Below, piece after piece: positions 9,818 to 24,197 of a stretch of 64,000 bases of DNA. The position numbers were made by a program, and so were the translations under genes. Under the pieces are notes generated by a model. That model saw only the letters and a list, made by a program, of their open reading frames with translations. It was not told the origin of the DNA and did not search any database. Within the stretch, counting starts at the first letter, position 1, and every line of letters begins with the position of its first letter. This DNA comes from Macrostomum hystrix (Eukaryota > Animalia > Platyhelminthes), in the NCBI GenBank assembly GCA_950097015.1, contig CATNEN010000002.1, forward strand, positions 5,828,001 through 5,892,000, read 5' to 3'.

Positions 9818-12800
9818 TCAGGCTCTCAAAAACAGGGCGAAGTAGGCAGCCGCCAGGCCGCTGGTGTGCGAGGAGCAAATTCCTGGAATGGGAGAATTCG
9901 GTTGAAAGACTAAATTTGAGGACAACTGATTAGCCAGGAACCCCGGTGAACTGGGTGTTGGGCAAATTATCAAAAGAGGCTGTTTTGGGAGAGAGTCAAA
10001 TATTATATTGAGGGATTAGGGAAAAATTGCTGTCGGGGAAATCACTAAAGAATGATAATTAGGGAATAGAACCAAAGGGGATATTTATGGAATAGAACCA
10101 AATGGGATATTTAGGGAATAGAACCAAATGGGATATTTAGGGAATAGAACCAAATGGGATATTTAGGGAATAGAACCAAATGGGATATTTATAGAATAGA
10201 ACCAAATGGGATATTTCGCGAATAGAACCAAAGGGGATATTTAGGGAATAGAACCAAATGGGATATTTAGGGAATAGAACCAAATGGGATATTTAGGGAA
10301 TAGAACCAAATGGGATATTTAGGGAATAGAACCAAAGGCGATATTTAGGGAATAGAACCAAATGGGATATTTAGGGAATAGAACCAAATGGGATATTTAG
10401 GGAATAGAACCAAAGGGGATATTTAGGGAATAGAACCAAATGGGATATTTAGGGAATAGAACCAAAGGGGATATTTATGGAATAGAACCAAATGGGATAT
10501 TTAGGGAATAGAACCAAAGGAGATATTTGGGAGTAGAACCAAATGGGATATTTAGAAAATAGAACCAAGGTGGATTTTTCGCGAATAGAACCAAATGGGA
10601 TATTTAGTGAACAGAACCAAAGCGGGTATTTTGGGAGTAGAACCAAATGGGATATTTAGGGAAGACAGGAATTTCTTAGTATCGATGATCCATCCATAAT
10701 CCCATGGACATTATCAACCTGAGAAGGCCATACCATCGAGCACCACATTGTGCAGCAGTTTCCGGCCAGTGTCCGTCTTGGCGTCCATGAACTCCGCAGA
10801 TCGCAGCGACTCGCTGTACTGCTCCTCACGGTAGCACCCGAGTCGCTCGTCTTGCAGGCGTCGAAACTGCAGCGCCGTCGAGTCGGCGAAAAAATCCCTG
10901 TAGCCCAGGATGCCGCAGAGGACCGCTGAACAGTTTCCAGGTGTAAGAACAGATTGGATAATTTAGAAATTACGAGTACCTAGTTGGGATAATTCTGATA
11001 AGCACCCGAAATGAAATAATTATATCAGTAAAAACAAAATGGGATTATTGGGTTAATTGGGATAAGAACAAAAATGGCATAATTGGGATAATCTTGATAC
11101 TTGGGATAAGAACCTATGTGGGATAATTTTGATAATAGGGATAAGAACCAATGTGGGATAATTTTAATATTAGGGATAAGAATGAATATAGGATAATTGC
11201 GATAATCGAGATCCGAACCAAATTGGGATAATTGTAATAGAAAACTAAAATGATAGAATTGGGATAATTGGAGATAATAGCCACTAAAATTGAATAGCTT
11301 TAAGAAGCACTAAAATGGGATAATTGGAACCAATAGAGGATAATTGTGATTGTCATTTTAGCAGCGAGTATCAAACTTAAAAATGAACCAATGACTGTGG
11401 CTTGTTTTGACGAAAACGGTTAAAGAACGAAAATCATAACAGTTTAGGGATTGACTTTTTACTTTTCTGTGAAATACTAAAGGGGATAATCACAAAGATA
11501 TCCTACTATAGTGGACTCACCCTGCTCCATCGCCAAGTCGATAAGTCCGTTTCCGGCTGAGCCAACAGCCAGGATCTTTTTGTGTTCCTTCAACGCCTGG
11601 TGGCAGGCCGACGACACGAAGGAGCAATCCACGCGACGACCGTTGGACAGTCTCAGGTGGCACGAACGCTGTGGGATTGACACATCAGCACTTTATACTG
11701 TTGGCACAGGAAATCCTACGGCTCAACTAGAAATCCCCCACCGCTCAACTGGAAATCCCCCACGGCTCAACTAGAAATCCCCCACGGCTCAACTAGAAAT
11801 CCCCCACGGCTCAACTAGAAATCCTACGGCTCAACTAGAAATCCTACGGCTCAACTAGAAATCCCCCACTGCTCAACTAGAAATCCCACTGCCAACTTGA
11901 AGTCCCAATGCTCAACTAAAAATCTTCCTCTGCCTAATTAGCTCGCAGAAATCCCTAAACACAGGCCTGAAAGTCAAGCTGCACTCACGTCGATTGCCGC
12001 AACCCAGAACATGAGCTGGTGAGTCAGCGTGTAGCCAATGCCAGGCCGAGAACTCAAAAACAACCGTTTGCAAACGCTTGGGACATGGCAGGCTGTGCGA
12101 CTGGATGAATTAGGGTTCGCGAGCCTTAGTATGGACAACAACCTCTCCTGACGCATCAGAACCTCTCCTGACACATCACGGCATCTCCTGACGCATCAGA
12201 ACCTCTCCTGACACATCACGGCATCTCCTGACGCATCAGAACCTCTCCTGACACATCACGGCATCTCCTGACGCATCAGAACCTCTCCTGACACATCACG
12301 GCATCTCCTGACGCATCAGAACCTCTCCTGACACATCACGGCATCTCCTGACACATCATGGCATCTCCTGACACATCAGGGCATCTCCTGACACATCAGG
12401 GCATATCCTGACACATCATGGCATCTCCTGACACATCATGGCATCTCCTGACACATCACGGCATCTCCTGACACATCATGTCATCTCCTGACACATCAGA
12501 ACGTCTCCTGACGCATCAGAACCTCTCCTGACACATCACGGCATCTCCTGACACATCATGGCATCTCCTGACACATCATGGCATCTCCTGACACATCATG
12601 GCATCTCCTGACACATCAGGGCATCTCCTGACACATCATGGCATCTCCTGACACATCATGGCATCTCCTGACACATCACGGCATCTCCTGACACATCATG
12701 TCATCTCCTGACACATCAGAACGTCTCCTGACGCATCAGAACCTCTCCTGACACATCACGGCATCTCCTGACACATCATGGCATCTCCTGACACATCATG

Positions 12801-15800
12801 GCATCTCCTGACACATCATGGCATCTCCTGACACATCATGGCATCTCCTGACACATCATGGCATCTCCTGACACATCATGGCATCTCCTGACACATCACG
12901 GCATCTCCTGACGCATCAGAACCTCTCCTGACACATCACGGCATCTCCTGACGCATCAGAACCTCTCCTGACACATCACGGCATCTCCTGACGCATCAGA
13001 ACCTCTCCTGACACATCACGGCATCTCCTGACACATCATGGCATCTCCTGACACATCAGGGCATCTCCTGACACATCAGGGCATATCCTGACACATCATG
13101 GCATCTCCTGACACATCATGGCATCTCCTGACACATCACGGCATCTCCTGACACATCATGTCATCTCCTGACACATCAGAACGTCTCCTGACGCATCAGA
13201 ACCTCTCCTGACACATCACGGCATCTCCTGACACATCATGGCATCTCCTGACACATCATGGCATCTCCTGACACATCATGGCATCTCCTGACACATCAGG
13301 GCATCTCCTGACACATCATGGCATCTCCTGACACATCATGGCATCTCCTGACACATCACGGCATCTCCTGACACATCATGTCATCTCCTGACACATCAGA
13401 ACGTCTCCTGACGCATCAGAACCTCTCCTGACACATCACGGCATCTCCTGACGCATCAGAACCTCTCCTGACACATCACGGCATCTCCTGACACATCATG
13501 GCATCTCCTGACACATCATGGCATCTCCTGACACATCATGGCATCTCCTGAGACATCATGGCATCTCCTGACACATCATGGCATCTCCTGACACATCATG
13601 GTATCTCCTGACACATCATGGCATCTCCTGACACATGGTATCTCCTGACTCATCATGGCATCTCCTGACAAACCATGGCATCTCCTGACACATCATGGTA
13701 TCTCCAGACACATCATGGCATCTCCTGAAACATCATGGCATCTCCTGACACATGGCATCTCCTGACACATCACGGCATCTCCTGACACATCATGGCGTCT
13801 CCTGACACATCATGGTATCTCCAGACACATCATGGCATCTCCTGACACATCATGGCATCTCCTGACACATGGCATCTCCTGACACATCATGGCATCTCCT
13901 GACACATGGCATCTCCTGACACATCATGGCATCTCCTGACACATAATGGCATCTCCTGACACATCATGGCATCTCCTGACACATGGCTTCTCCTGATACA
14001 TCATGGCATCTCCTGACACATCATGACATCTCCTGTCACATCATGGTATCTCCAGACACATCATGGCATCTACTGACACATCATGGCGTCTCCTGACACA
14101 TCATGGTATCTCCAGACACATCATGGCATCTCCTGACACATCACGGCATCTCCTGACACATCATGGCATCTCCTGACACATCATGGTATCTCCAGACACA
14201 TCATGGCATCTCCTGACACATCACGGCATCTCCTGACACATCAGAACGTCTCCTGACGCATCAGAACCTCTCCTGACACATCACGGCATCTCCTGACACA
14301 TCATGGCATCTCCTGACACATCATGGCATCTCCTGACACATCAGGGCATCTCCTGACACATCATGGCATCTCCTGACACATCATGGCATCTCCTGACACA
14401 TCACGGCATCTCCTGACACATCATGTCATCTCCTGACACATCAGAACGTCTCCTGACGCATCAGAACCTCTCCTGACACATCACGGCATCTCCTGACACA
14501 TCATGGCATCTCCTGACACATCATGGCATCTCCTGACACATCATGGCATCTCCTGAGACATCATGGCATCTCCTGACACATCATGGCATCTCCTGACACA
14601 TCATGGTATCTCCTGACACATCATGGCATCTCCTGACACATGGTATCTCCTGACTCATCATGGCATCTCCTGACAAACCATGGCATCTCCTGACACATCA
14701 TGGTATCTCCTGACACATCACGGCATCTCCTGACACATCATGGCATCTCCTGACAAATCATGGCATCTCCTGACACATCATGGCATCTCCTGACACATCA
14801 TGGCATCTCCTGACTCATCATGGTATCTCCTGAGACATCATGGCATCTCCTGACAAATCATGGCATCTCCTGACACATCATGGCATCTCCTGACACATCA
14901 TGGCATCTCCTGACACATGGCATCTCCTGACACATCATGGCATCTCCTGACACATGGCATCTCCTGACACATCATGGCATCTCCTGACACATAATGGCAT
15001 CTCCTGACACATCATGGCATCTCCTGACACATGGCTTCTCCTGATACATCATGGCATCTCCTGACACATCATGACATCTCCTGTCACATCATGGTATCTC
15101 CAGACACATCATGGCATCTACTGACACATCATGGCGTCTCCTGACACATCATGGTATCTCCAGACACATCATGGCATCTCCTGACACATCACGGCATCTC
15201 CTGACACATCATGTCATCTCCTGACACATCAGAACGTCTCCTGACGCATCAGAACCTCTCCTGACACATCACGGCATCTCCTGACACATCATGGCATCTC
15301 CTGACACATCATGGCATCTCCTGACAAACCATGGCATCTCCTGACACATCATGGTATCTCCAGACACATCATGGCATCTCCTGAAACATCATGGCATCTC
15401 CTGACACATGGCATCTCCTGACACATCACGGCATCTCCTGACACATCATGGCGTCTCCTGACACATCATGGTATCTCCAGACACATCATGGCATCTCCTG
15501 ACACATCATGGCATCTCCTGACACATGGCATCTCCTGACACATCATGGCATCTCCTGACACATGGCATCTCCTGACACATCATGGCATCTCCTGACACAT
15601 AATGGCATCTCCTGACACATCATGGCATCTCCTGACACATGGCTTCTCCTGATACATCATGGCATCTCCTGACACATCATGACATCTCCTGTCACATCAT
15701 GGTATCTCCAGACACATCATGGCATCTACTGACACATCATGGCGTCTCCTGACACATCATGGTATCTCCAGACACATCATGGCATCTCCTGACACATCAC

Positions 15801-18800
15801 GGCATCTCCTGACACATCATGGCATCTCCTGACACATCATGGTATCTCCAGACACATCATGGCATCTCCTGACACATCACGGCATCTCCTGACACATCAG
15901 AACGTCTCCTGACGCATCAGAACCTCTCCTGACACATCACGGCATCTCCTGACACATCATGGCATCTCCTGACACATCATGGCATCTCCTGACACATCAG
16001 GGCATCTCCTGACACATCATGGCATCTCCTGACACATCATGGCATCTCCTGACACATCACGGCATCTCCTGACACATCATGTCATCTCCTGACACATCAG
16101 AACGTCTCCTGACGCATCAGAACCTCTCCTGACACATCACGGCATCTCCTGACACATCATGGCATCTCCTGACACATCATGGCATCTCCTGACACATCAT
16201 GGCATCTCCTGACACATCAGGGCATCTCCTGACACATCATGGCATCTCCTGACACATCATGGCATCTCCTGACACATCACGGCATCTCCTGACACATCAT
16301 GTCATCTCCTGACACATCAGAACGTCTCCTGACGCATCAGAACCTCTCCTGACACATCACGGCATCTCCTGACACATCATGGCATCTCCTGACACATCAT
16401 GGCATCTCCTGACACATCATGGCATCTCCTGAGACATCATGGCATCTCCTGACACATCATGGCATCTCCTGACACATCATGGTATCTCCTGACACATCAT
16501 GGCATCTCCTGACACATGGTATCTCCTGACTCATCATGGCATCTCCTGACAAACCATGGCATCTCCTGACACATCATGGTATCTCCTGACACATCACGGC
16601 ATCTCCTGACACATCATGGCATCTCCTGACAAATCATGGCATCTCCTGACACATCATGGCATCTCCTGACACATCATGGCATCTCCTGACTCATCATGGT
16701 ATCTCCTGAGACATCATGGCATCTCCTGACAAATCATGGCATCTCCTGACACATCATGGCATCTCCTGACACATCATGGCATCTCCTGACACATGGCATC
16801 TCCTGACACATCATGGCATCTCCTGACACATGGCATCTCCTGACACATCATGGCATCTCCTGACACATAATGGCATCTCCTGACACATCATGGCATCTCC
16901 TGACACATGGCTTCTCCTGATACATCATGGCATCTCCTGACACATCATGACATCTCCTGTCACATCATGGTATCTCCAGACACATCATGGCATCTACTGA
17001 CACATCATGGCGTCTCCTGACACATCATGGTATCTCCAGACACATCATGGCATCTCCTGACACATCACGGCATCTCCTGACACATCATGGCATCTCCTGA
17101 CACATCATGGTATCTCCAGACACATCATGGCATCTCCTGACACATCACGGCATCTCCTGACACATCAGAACGTCTCCTGACGCATCAGAACCTCTCCTGA
17201 CACATCACGGCATCTCCTGACACATCATGGCATCTCCTGACACATCATGGCATCTCCTGACACATCAGGGCATCTCCTGACACATCATGGCATCTCCTGA
17301 CACATCATGGCATCTCCTGACACATCACGGCATCTCCTGACACATCATGTCATCTCCTGACACATCAGAACGTCTCCTGACGCATCAGAACCTCTCCTGA
17401 CACATCACGGCATCTCCTGACACATCATGGCATCTCCTGACACATCATGGCATCTCCTGACACATCATGGCATCTCCTGAGACATCATGGCATCTCCTGA
17501 CACATCATGGCATCTCCTGACACATCATGGTATCTCCTGACACATCATGGCATCTCCTGACACATGGCATCTCCTGACAAACCATGGCATCTCCTGACAC
17601 ATCATGGCATCTCCTGACACATCACGGCATCTCCTGACACATCATGGCATCTCCTGACACATCATGGCATCTCCTGACTCATCATGGTATCTCCTGAGAC
17701 ATCATGGCATCTCCTGACAAATCATGGCATCTCCTGACACATCATGGCATCTCCTGACACATCATGGCATCTCCTGACACATGGCATCTCCTGACACATC
17801 ATGGCATCTCCTGACACATAATGGCATCTCCTGACACATCATGGCATCTCCTGACACATGGCATCTCCTGATACATCATGGCATCTCCTGACACATCATG
17901 ACATCTCCTGTCACATTATGGTATCTCCAGACACATCATGGCATCTACTGACACATCATGGCGTCTCCTGACACATCATGGTATCTCCAGACACATCATG
18001 GCATCTCCTGACACATCACGGCATCTCCTGACACATCATGGCATCTCCTGACACATCATGGTATCTCCAGACACATCATGGCATCTCCTGACACATCACG
18101 GCATCTCCTGACACATCATGGCATCTCCTGACACATCATGGTATCTCCTGACACATCATGGCATCTCCTGACACATCATGGCGTCTCCTGACACATCATG
18201 GTATCTCCAGACACATCATGGCATCTCCTGAAACATCACTGCATCTCCTGACACATCATGGCATCTCCTGACACATCATGGTATCTCCAGACACATCATG
18301 GCATCTCCTGACACATCACGGCATCTCCTGACACATCATGGCATCTCCTGACACATCATGGCATCTCCTGACACATCATGGTATCTCCTGACACATCATG
18401 GCATCTCCTGACACAAGACAGTGAATCAGTGAATCTAGAAGCAGTTGAACAAGTACCTTTTGTCATTAAGCAGTTGTTTGAAGCAGGCGTCACCCTTAGC
18501 TTCATCGTAGCTGTTCAAGCGAGAGGCAGAAGCCTTCAACCATGCCTTCGCGTCCTCGGCGCTGTCTCGACCAGCTTCAGCAGATGATCCGGTAGGTTCA
18601 AGCTGACGCCAGCGAAATCTGGCCTGGCCGAGCAGTTTATGAACAATGCGGTTCATTGGTAGGCAAATTCTCCTGTAGGTGTCTGCGTCATAGCCACCGG
18701 AGCTGCCACTTCTACCAGCGGAAGTGGTCGCTACTCGAAACTGGAAACCTTCCATGGACTTCTTTATTCCTTCGATGGAGCGACGAAACTCAACGGCTGC

Positions 18801-19055
18801 CGATTCGCCACCGCACGAGTCGGCGAGTCGTCGCTCAGCCTCCAGGATTGTCTTTGGCGCAGCTGCGAATATCTGGAAGGCTATCGCAGCTCCGAAATAT
18901 CCGTCGGCATCCAGTTTGTGCGAGTTTCTGGCGAAGAACTCCGACAGGCGAGCCAGCGAGTCAGCCGCAGCGCAGACCGCACTGGCACTCGCCCGGTGGA
19001 CCAGCGAGGACAGAAGTGCGAGGCACAAAAGTTTCCACATTCCAAGCTTTGCCAT
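9818..19055 (-). CDS. C16orf89/UPF0764 (DUF4735)-like secreted protein, complement join(18457..19055,11989..12100,11521..11668,10734..10925,9818..9882), ~371 aa
   Basis: Signal peptide MAKLGMWKLLCLALLSSLVHRASA. Motifs KLDADGYFG, YDEAKGDACFKQLL, GYTLTHQLMF, IDLAMEQAVLCGILGY, LQDERLGCY and DGICSSHTSGLA follow the C16orf89 family in order. All four introns are GT-AG with consistent phases, and the total of 1116 nt is divisible by 3. Confidence 0.85.
10060..10660. repeat. 26-bp minisatellite (GGGAATAGAACCAAATGGGATATTTA) in intron 4 of the C16orf89-like gene
   Basis: Tandem copies. Confidence 0.95.
11705..11920. repeat. ~21-23-bp minisatellite (GGCTCAACTAGAAATCCCCCAC) in intron 2
   Basis: Tandem copies. 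Confidence 0.9.
12141..18415. repeat. ~6.3-kb 20-bp minisatellite (GGCATCTCCTGACACATCAT) with higher-order blocks, filling intron 1 of the C16orf89-like gene
   Basis: About 300 tandem units, with recurrent variant runs. Confidence 0.99.
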
Positions 19056-19459
19056 TCTGTTCTCTCTGAGTCTGCATGCGGGTCTACCTGAGCTTAATAA
19101 TAGCTTCAATCTTTCTGTGCATTCTGAGTGTGTCACACGAGAATAGACTGGGTTAAACTCAAGCATATTCCACCACCATTCTAATGGTTTCGAGAAGAAT
19201 AAAGAAAATTTTGGCAATGGAATTTTGGCATTGGTCTTGAGAGCCTAATTTACTCTCTCACGCAGGTAAAAATGGTGTACATTGCTGTCCTCTGAAATTG
19301 AGAAACTTTTCTAACTTGGTTTTGTTATAATTCATCCAGAGTTTAATGAGCCCGCGAGAAGAAAATACGGAAACGATGTGACCACACTGCCACGACAGTC
19401 TCACTACAACTCACATTCGGTTTCTGACAAACGGAAATAAACAAATCTTGCCTATTTAA

Positions 19460-19884
19460 CTAGTTAACTTCTATTTTCAAGAAACTTAATACTCGTAATA
19501 TTAATAATTAATATTGACACTAGACCCAAGGGCCAGTGCAGGTGTTGTGTGTCAGGCACACTAGCAGGTGGGGACAGCACACCTAATGTACTCCCCGGCT
19601 CTCTCGGACACCGGTTGACAGCCGATGTGTCAGCAATGGAATTTATTTTTTCCAAACATATCGGCAGCATCCAAACCCCACTTAATTGCCGCACAGAACT
19701 GCTTTATTCCACGCCAGCCGGAATTATTATTGCCCGACGAAATGTCGGTACTCATTTGCAGCTGAGTAGACAGCGTGCAAATCAGGGCAAAGCAGCTTGC
19801 CAAAGGCTGCACGACTAGGTTGGGATTCGAACCCAGGACCATCTCATCCAGAGTCCGACACCTTACTGACTGAGCTATCCGCCC
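19460..19884 (-). mobile_element. tRNA-derived SINE (family B)
   Basis: The minus strand starts GGGCGGATAGCTCAGTCAGTAAG (A box)...GGTTCGAATCC (B box), then CTACTCAGCTGCAAATGAGTACC (CORE-like), with an AT-rich tail. There is no 3' acceptor stem. Confidence 0.75.
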
Positions 19885-19995
19885 ATGTAAGTTAAGAAAC
19901 TTACATGGAATTCAATGTGACGATTGCCATCGATTAGTGTTGCCAGCACATATAAAGTATGATGGTGACTTACCTAATTCACCTTTATCGTGAAA

Positions 19996-20285
19996 AGGGT
20001 TGTAGCCTAATGGTTAGAGCATCGGATTATCAACTTGAAGGTCGGGGGTTCGACTCCGGACTCTGCTGGAACAATAAGCCAGACAACTTAACTCTAGATA
20101 TTGCTTGAGTTCACCCAGCTGTTAAATGGGTACCAGCATTAGCTGGGGGTAATTTAAGTGTGGGTGTGGCGTCCCGCCAGTCCATGGACTGAACAGCCGT
20201 ACGCAGCCTTCAAATAGCTGCGGCTGTGTGCTGCTCATGTGGCTTAATTGGGGCAGGTGTAATCAATTATTATTATCATAATAAA
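19996..20285 (+). mobile_element. tRNA-derived CORE-like SINE (family A)
   Basis: GTAGCCTAATGGTTAGAGC (A box), GGTTCGACTCC (B box), body TTCACCCAGCTGTTAAATGGGTACC...CAGTCCATGGACTGAACAGCCGTACGCA shared with other copies, and an (ATT)n tail. Confidence 0.85.
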
Positions 20286-20586
20286 GAACAATAAAAGTAC
20301 ATGATTTTTTCCATGAACTGTGCTAGAAAATCCTTCTCTGCATCCTAGTTATACTCGTTTTATAAATAAAAAAGCATAAATATAAATATTTCAAAATTGT
20401 GAACATTGATTGCCACAGAGCTGAGTTTGACCTGAACAACATCGCGGAGGTAGAGACTGTTTGGATTTAAGCTGGGAAGCTAAGAATCAGCCAATCATAG
20501 AAAAGCTTCAGTTTCTAGGAAAGCAAGTGTTATTGGTTGCAGTTTAAACAGAATCAGAAGCAGCCAGATGTTCACTACGCATCAGC

Positions 20587-23500
20587 CTACAGCACCAGCG
20601 CCTTCAGCAGTCGCTGCTGAATGCATCGGCACCATTGCCGACTTTCCAGCTCGTGCGCGCAACGCAGTCGCAGCATCTCTTTGCGGTCGCCTCGGCCTGA
20701 GAACTGCAGGCAAACCTCACCTGCATGAGCAATGGGATATTGATCTTTTGCTACAGACTATAAGCTGTTCGAGTCAAACCTCACCCTCCTCGACACCCAC
20801 CCCATTTTCTAACTATTAAAAAAAGCTAAGCCCATTTTCTCACCCTCCGTAATAACCACCCCATTCTTTAACCTTACATCAGCCACTCAATTCTCTAACC
20901 ATCTACGATGCACACCCTATTTTCTAACCATGAAGGACACCCGCCCCATTCTCTAACCATGAAGGACGCCCACCCCATTTTCTAACCATGAAGGACGCCC
21001 ACCCCATTCTCTAACCATGAAGGACGCCCTCCCCATTCTCTAACCTTTAACGAGAACACCCCATTTTATAACCATCTAAAACACACCCAATTTTATAAGC
21101 ATCTAAAACACCCACCCCATTTTATAACCATCGAAAACACCAACCCCAATTTATAGCCATCTAAAACATCCAGCCGATTTAAAAAAACATCAAAAATACC
21201 CACCCCATTTTCTAACCATCAGCGACGCCCACCCCATCAACGACACCCACCTCACTCCTTGTCCTAACCCCACCAAGTTTTCTTATTGGCTGAACTAAAC
21301 CAATTTCAACCGGACCTACACGGCGCCCCCTGCGGCACGGTGCAGCAGGTGATTTTTTGTGTCGCAATTGGCTCCCTAATCAGGGCCAGTGGCTCGTGAT
21401 CTGAACTGAATCTGGGCTGCGCCATCAGCAGCAGGTCGGCGAATAGGAAGGCCTGGCAGAGGCTAATGCGGCCGGCCTCCACCAGGGAGACGGTTCCCGA
21501 CTGGGCGAGCGAGGCCAGGGAACGGCAGAACACGCGGCTGTTGTGCGAGAAGTGTAAATGCGGTCCAGGCGTGGGAGCGACCTGCTGCTGCTGCTGCTGC
21601 TGCTGCTGAGGCAACGGCTGGGATGGACTAGGAAGAGCTGACGCCGAACTGGAGGGCACGGAGCTCGCCTGTTTTTTGGGGTTGACGAGAAGGATAAGAG
21701 GCCAAACAATTGCCAGGCAAAAACTAGGATTTCTCGGAAACTAGAAATTTTCCTCACAATATCATAGAGCGACTTCACATCCCGTCGAATGCTGCCACCA
21801 CAGCCTGAGCCTCCGCTGACAGCTGCCGCAGCTGCCGCCACGGTCGACAACGCCGCCGATGTAGTCGCCGACGGCAGCAGGGTAGTCGGCGGCAGCGGCG
21901 GCCGCGTCAGCGGCAGGCTGGGACTCTTTGCCACTGGCCGCGGCCGCCCCAGCTCCAAGCGGACCTTCGACTCTGAGGAGCCGCTGGCGCAGACGCCGCT
22001 GCCGCGCAGGAGGCGCACAACAACCTCGTTGCTGGCATGGAACACGCCGACGTTGTCAACGCTGACGATGTAGTCGCCGGCTCTAACTCCAGCCGCGTCA
22101 GCGGGACTTCGGCGTTCGACTTTGCTGATGTGGCAGGGCGCTGAGCCGGAGACGGTGAAGCCGAGGCCGCTGTGGCGAGGTCGACGAATCACCACCGACT
22201 TCAGGTCGAAGCCATTGCCGCTGACCGTGCCAACGGAGGTTGAGCCCTGCCGATCAGGCACTGGCGGCGGTTGAGGCAACAGCGGTGGAGGCGGCGGTGG
22301 AAGCGGGAGCGGCTGCTGGTTTGTTCTCGTCATCTCGTTCATCAGGGTGTACCAGGCATTTAACTGTTTATAAAAATTTGGCTAACTGTCGTTTACGTTT
22401 TTCGATACATATCGGTTGTTGCCTAATTTATACTACCAATTTTTTACTCAGTCAAATAAATTGTCTTCTTATTTGCGTCTTTTATGTTTTTAATTTTTTC
22501 CAAGCATTTTAATATGATTCCTTGTGGCTAGAAAATCGTACTACTCATTTAATTTCAAAAGTTAGTAGTATCGAACGTACCTTGCTACTAAATACCAGGC
22601 CTTTCAGAGGAAATGTGAGACAGCCGAGAAATTCAGAAAATCTGCAAAGGTTTTTTAAAGGTGAGCAGTTGTAATTAGCAGGCGGTAATTTTCTGGTTTA
22701 AGCGTTGCCAAATGTGCCTTACCCCTCTCTGTCCAGCTGGTTCCACACAGATACAAGCAGATTTTTCCCATCTAAACTTTCCCCTGGCCGCAGCGGCAGG
22801 TTCATTGCGAAGCGTCTGTCGAACAGCGGAAAATCCGTGTCCGGCACAATGGCCGTCTGGCACTTCTCGCCGCTGCGTCTGCCTTCGGGATAGAAGCTGA
22901 CCTGGAATCGAATTTCAGGAGTGCCTATTCAAAAATTACATATTTGAAATAATCTATTAAAACAAAATTTTTTGGTTATTACTCGAACAAAGCTGTTACA
23001 CTTCTTGCCCCGCTCCGAGCGAAGATTCCTGGCTTCAATTACTAAAAATAAATTTTAATGCGAATTATTTTAATAATTGCATGGTACCAGAAAACCTTAA
23101 CAAATCGGCGGTTTAATCATTGTTAACCAGCTCTTTGATCCACCGCCATAATTAAACAGCTCTTTGATCCACCGCCTTAATATACCAGCTCTTTGATCCA
23201 CCGCCTTAATATACCAGCTCTTTGATCCACCGCCTTAATATACCAGCTCTTTGATCCACCGCCTTAATTAACCAGCTCTTGATCCACCGCCGTAATTAAC
23301 CAGCTCTTGATCCACCGCCATCACAACCAGCTCTTGATCCACCGCCATCACAACCAGCTCTTGATCCACCGCCATCACAACCAGCTCTTTGATCCACCGC
23401 CGTCACAACCAGCTCTTGATCCACCGCCATCACAACCAGCTCTTGATCCACCGCCATCACAACCAGCTCTTGATCCACCGCCATCACAACCAGCTCTTGA

Positions 23501-24108
23501 TCCACCGCCATCACAATCAGCTCTTGATCCACCGCCATCACAATCAGCTCTTGATCCACCGCCATCACAACCAGCTCTTGATCCACCGCCGTCACAACCA
23601 GCTCTTGATCCATCGCCATCACAACCAGCTCTTGATCCACCGCCATCACAATCAGCTCTTGATCCACCGCCATCACAACCAGCTCTTGATCCACCGTCAG
23701 CAGTTCCAGTTTTCTGCTTGTGCAAGCAGCAAGCATTGTACAGAAGCAGTGCTAAAATCACGAACTTGTAAAAGACACATGAAAGTGCATGAATTTCCCT
23801 GTAATAAATGCCACTCACTGTGAACCGTCAGCTGTTTGTCAGTGCAGCTGGTTGACAATTTGATTTCAGCATCTGAAATTTGAAATTCACAATATTGTGG
23901 CCTCATTGCTTTTACAAGTAAGTGTTTTCATTTAAGCAACAGTTGCTAAGTGTATCTAAATTTCAAACCTTCAAGATGGGACACAGAAATTAGAGAGCTA
24001 AAAAGTTCAAATTTCCCATTGTAGTCTGTAAATTCATGGCCCAAAACAATTTATTGGAGATGCAAGATCTTGAATCACTGTAAGAGTTACCCGATTACTT
24101 ACTTGCAG

Positions 24109-24197
<89 letters not shown>

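Noticed and set aside
8806-18456. A single Foldback/mariner element spanning the two inverted 20-bp arrays
   Set aside because: No matching TIR or TSD at the 18.4-kb end, which abuts an exon; kept only as an inverted-array observation.
19810-20070. tRNA-like sequences as tRNA genes (also 27600-27675 and 57440-57515)
   Set aside because: A and B boxes are present, but the acceptor stems do not close and the heads run into a shared SINE body.
23070-23090. Spliced-leader RNA gene (ATTGCATGGT resembles an SL ending in ATG plus a donor)
   Set aside because: Only a few bases match, with no SL stem-loops or Sm site evident; it lies in an intron.
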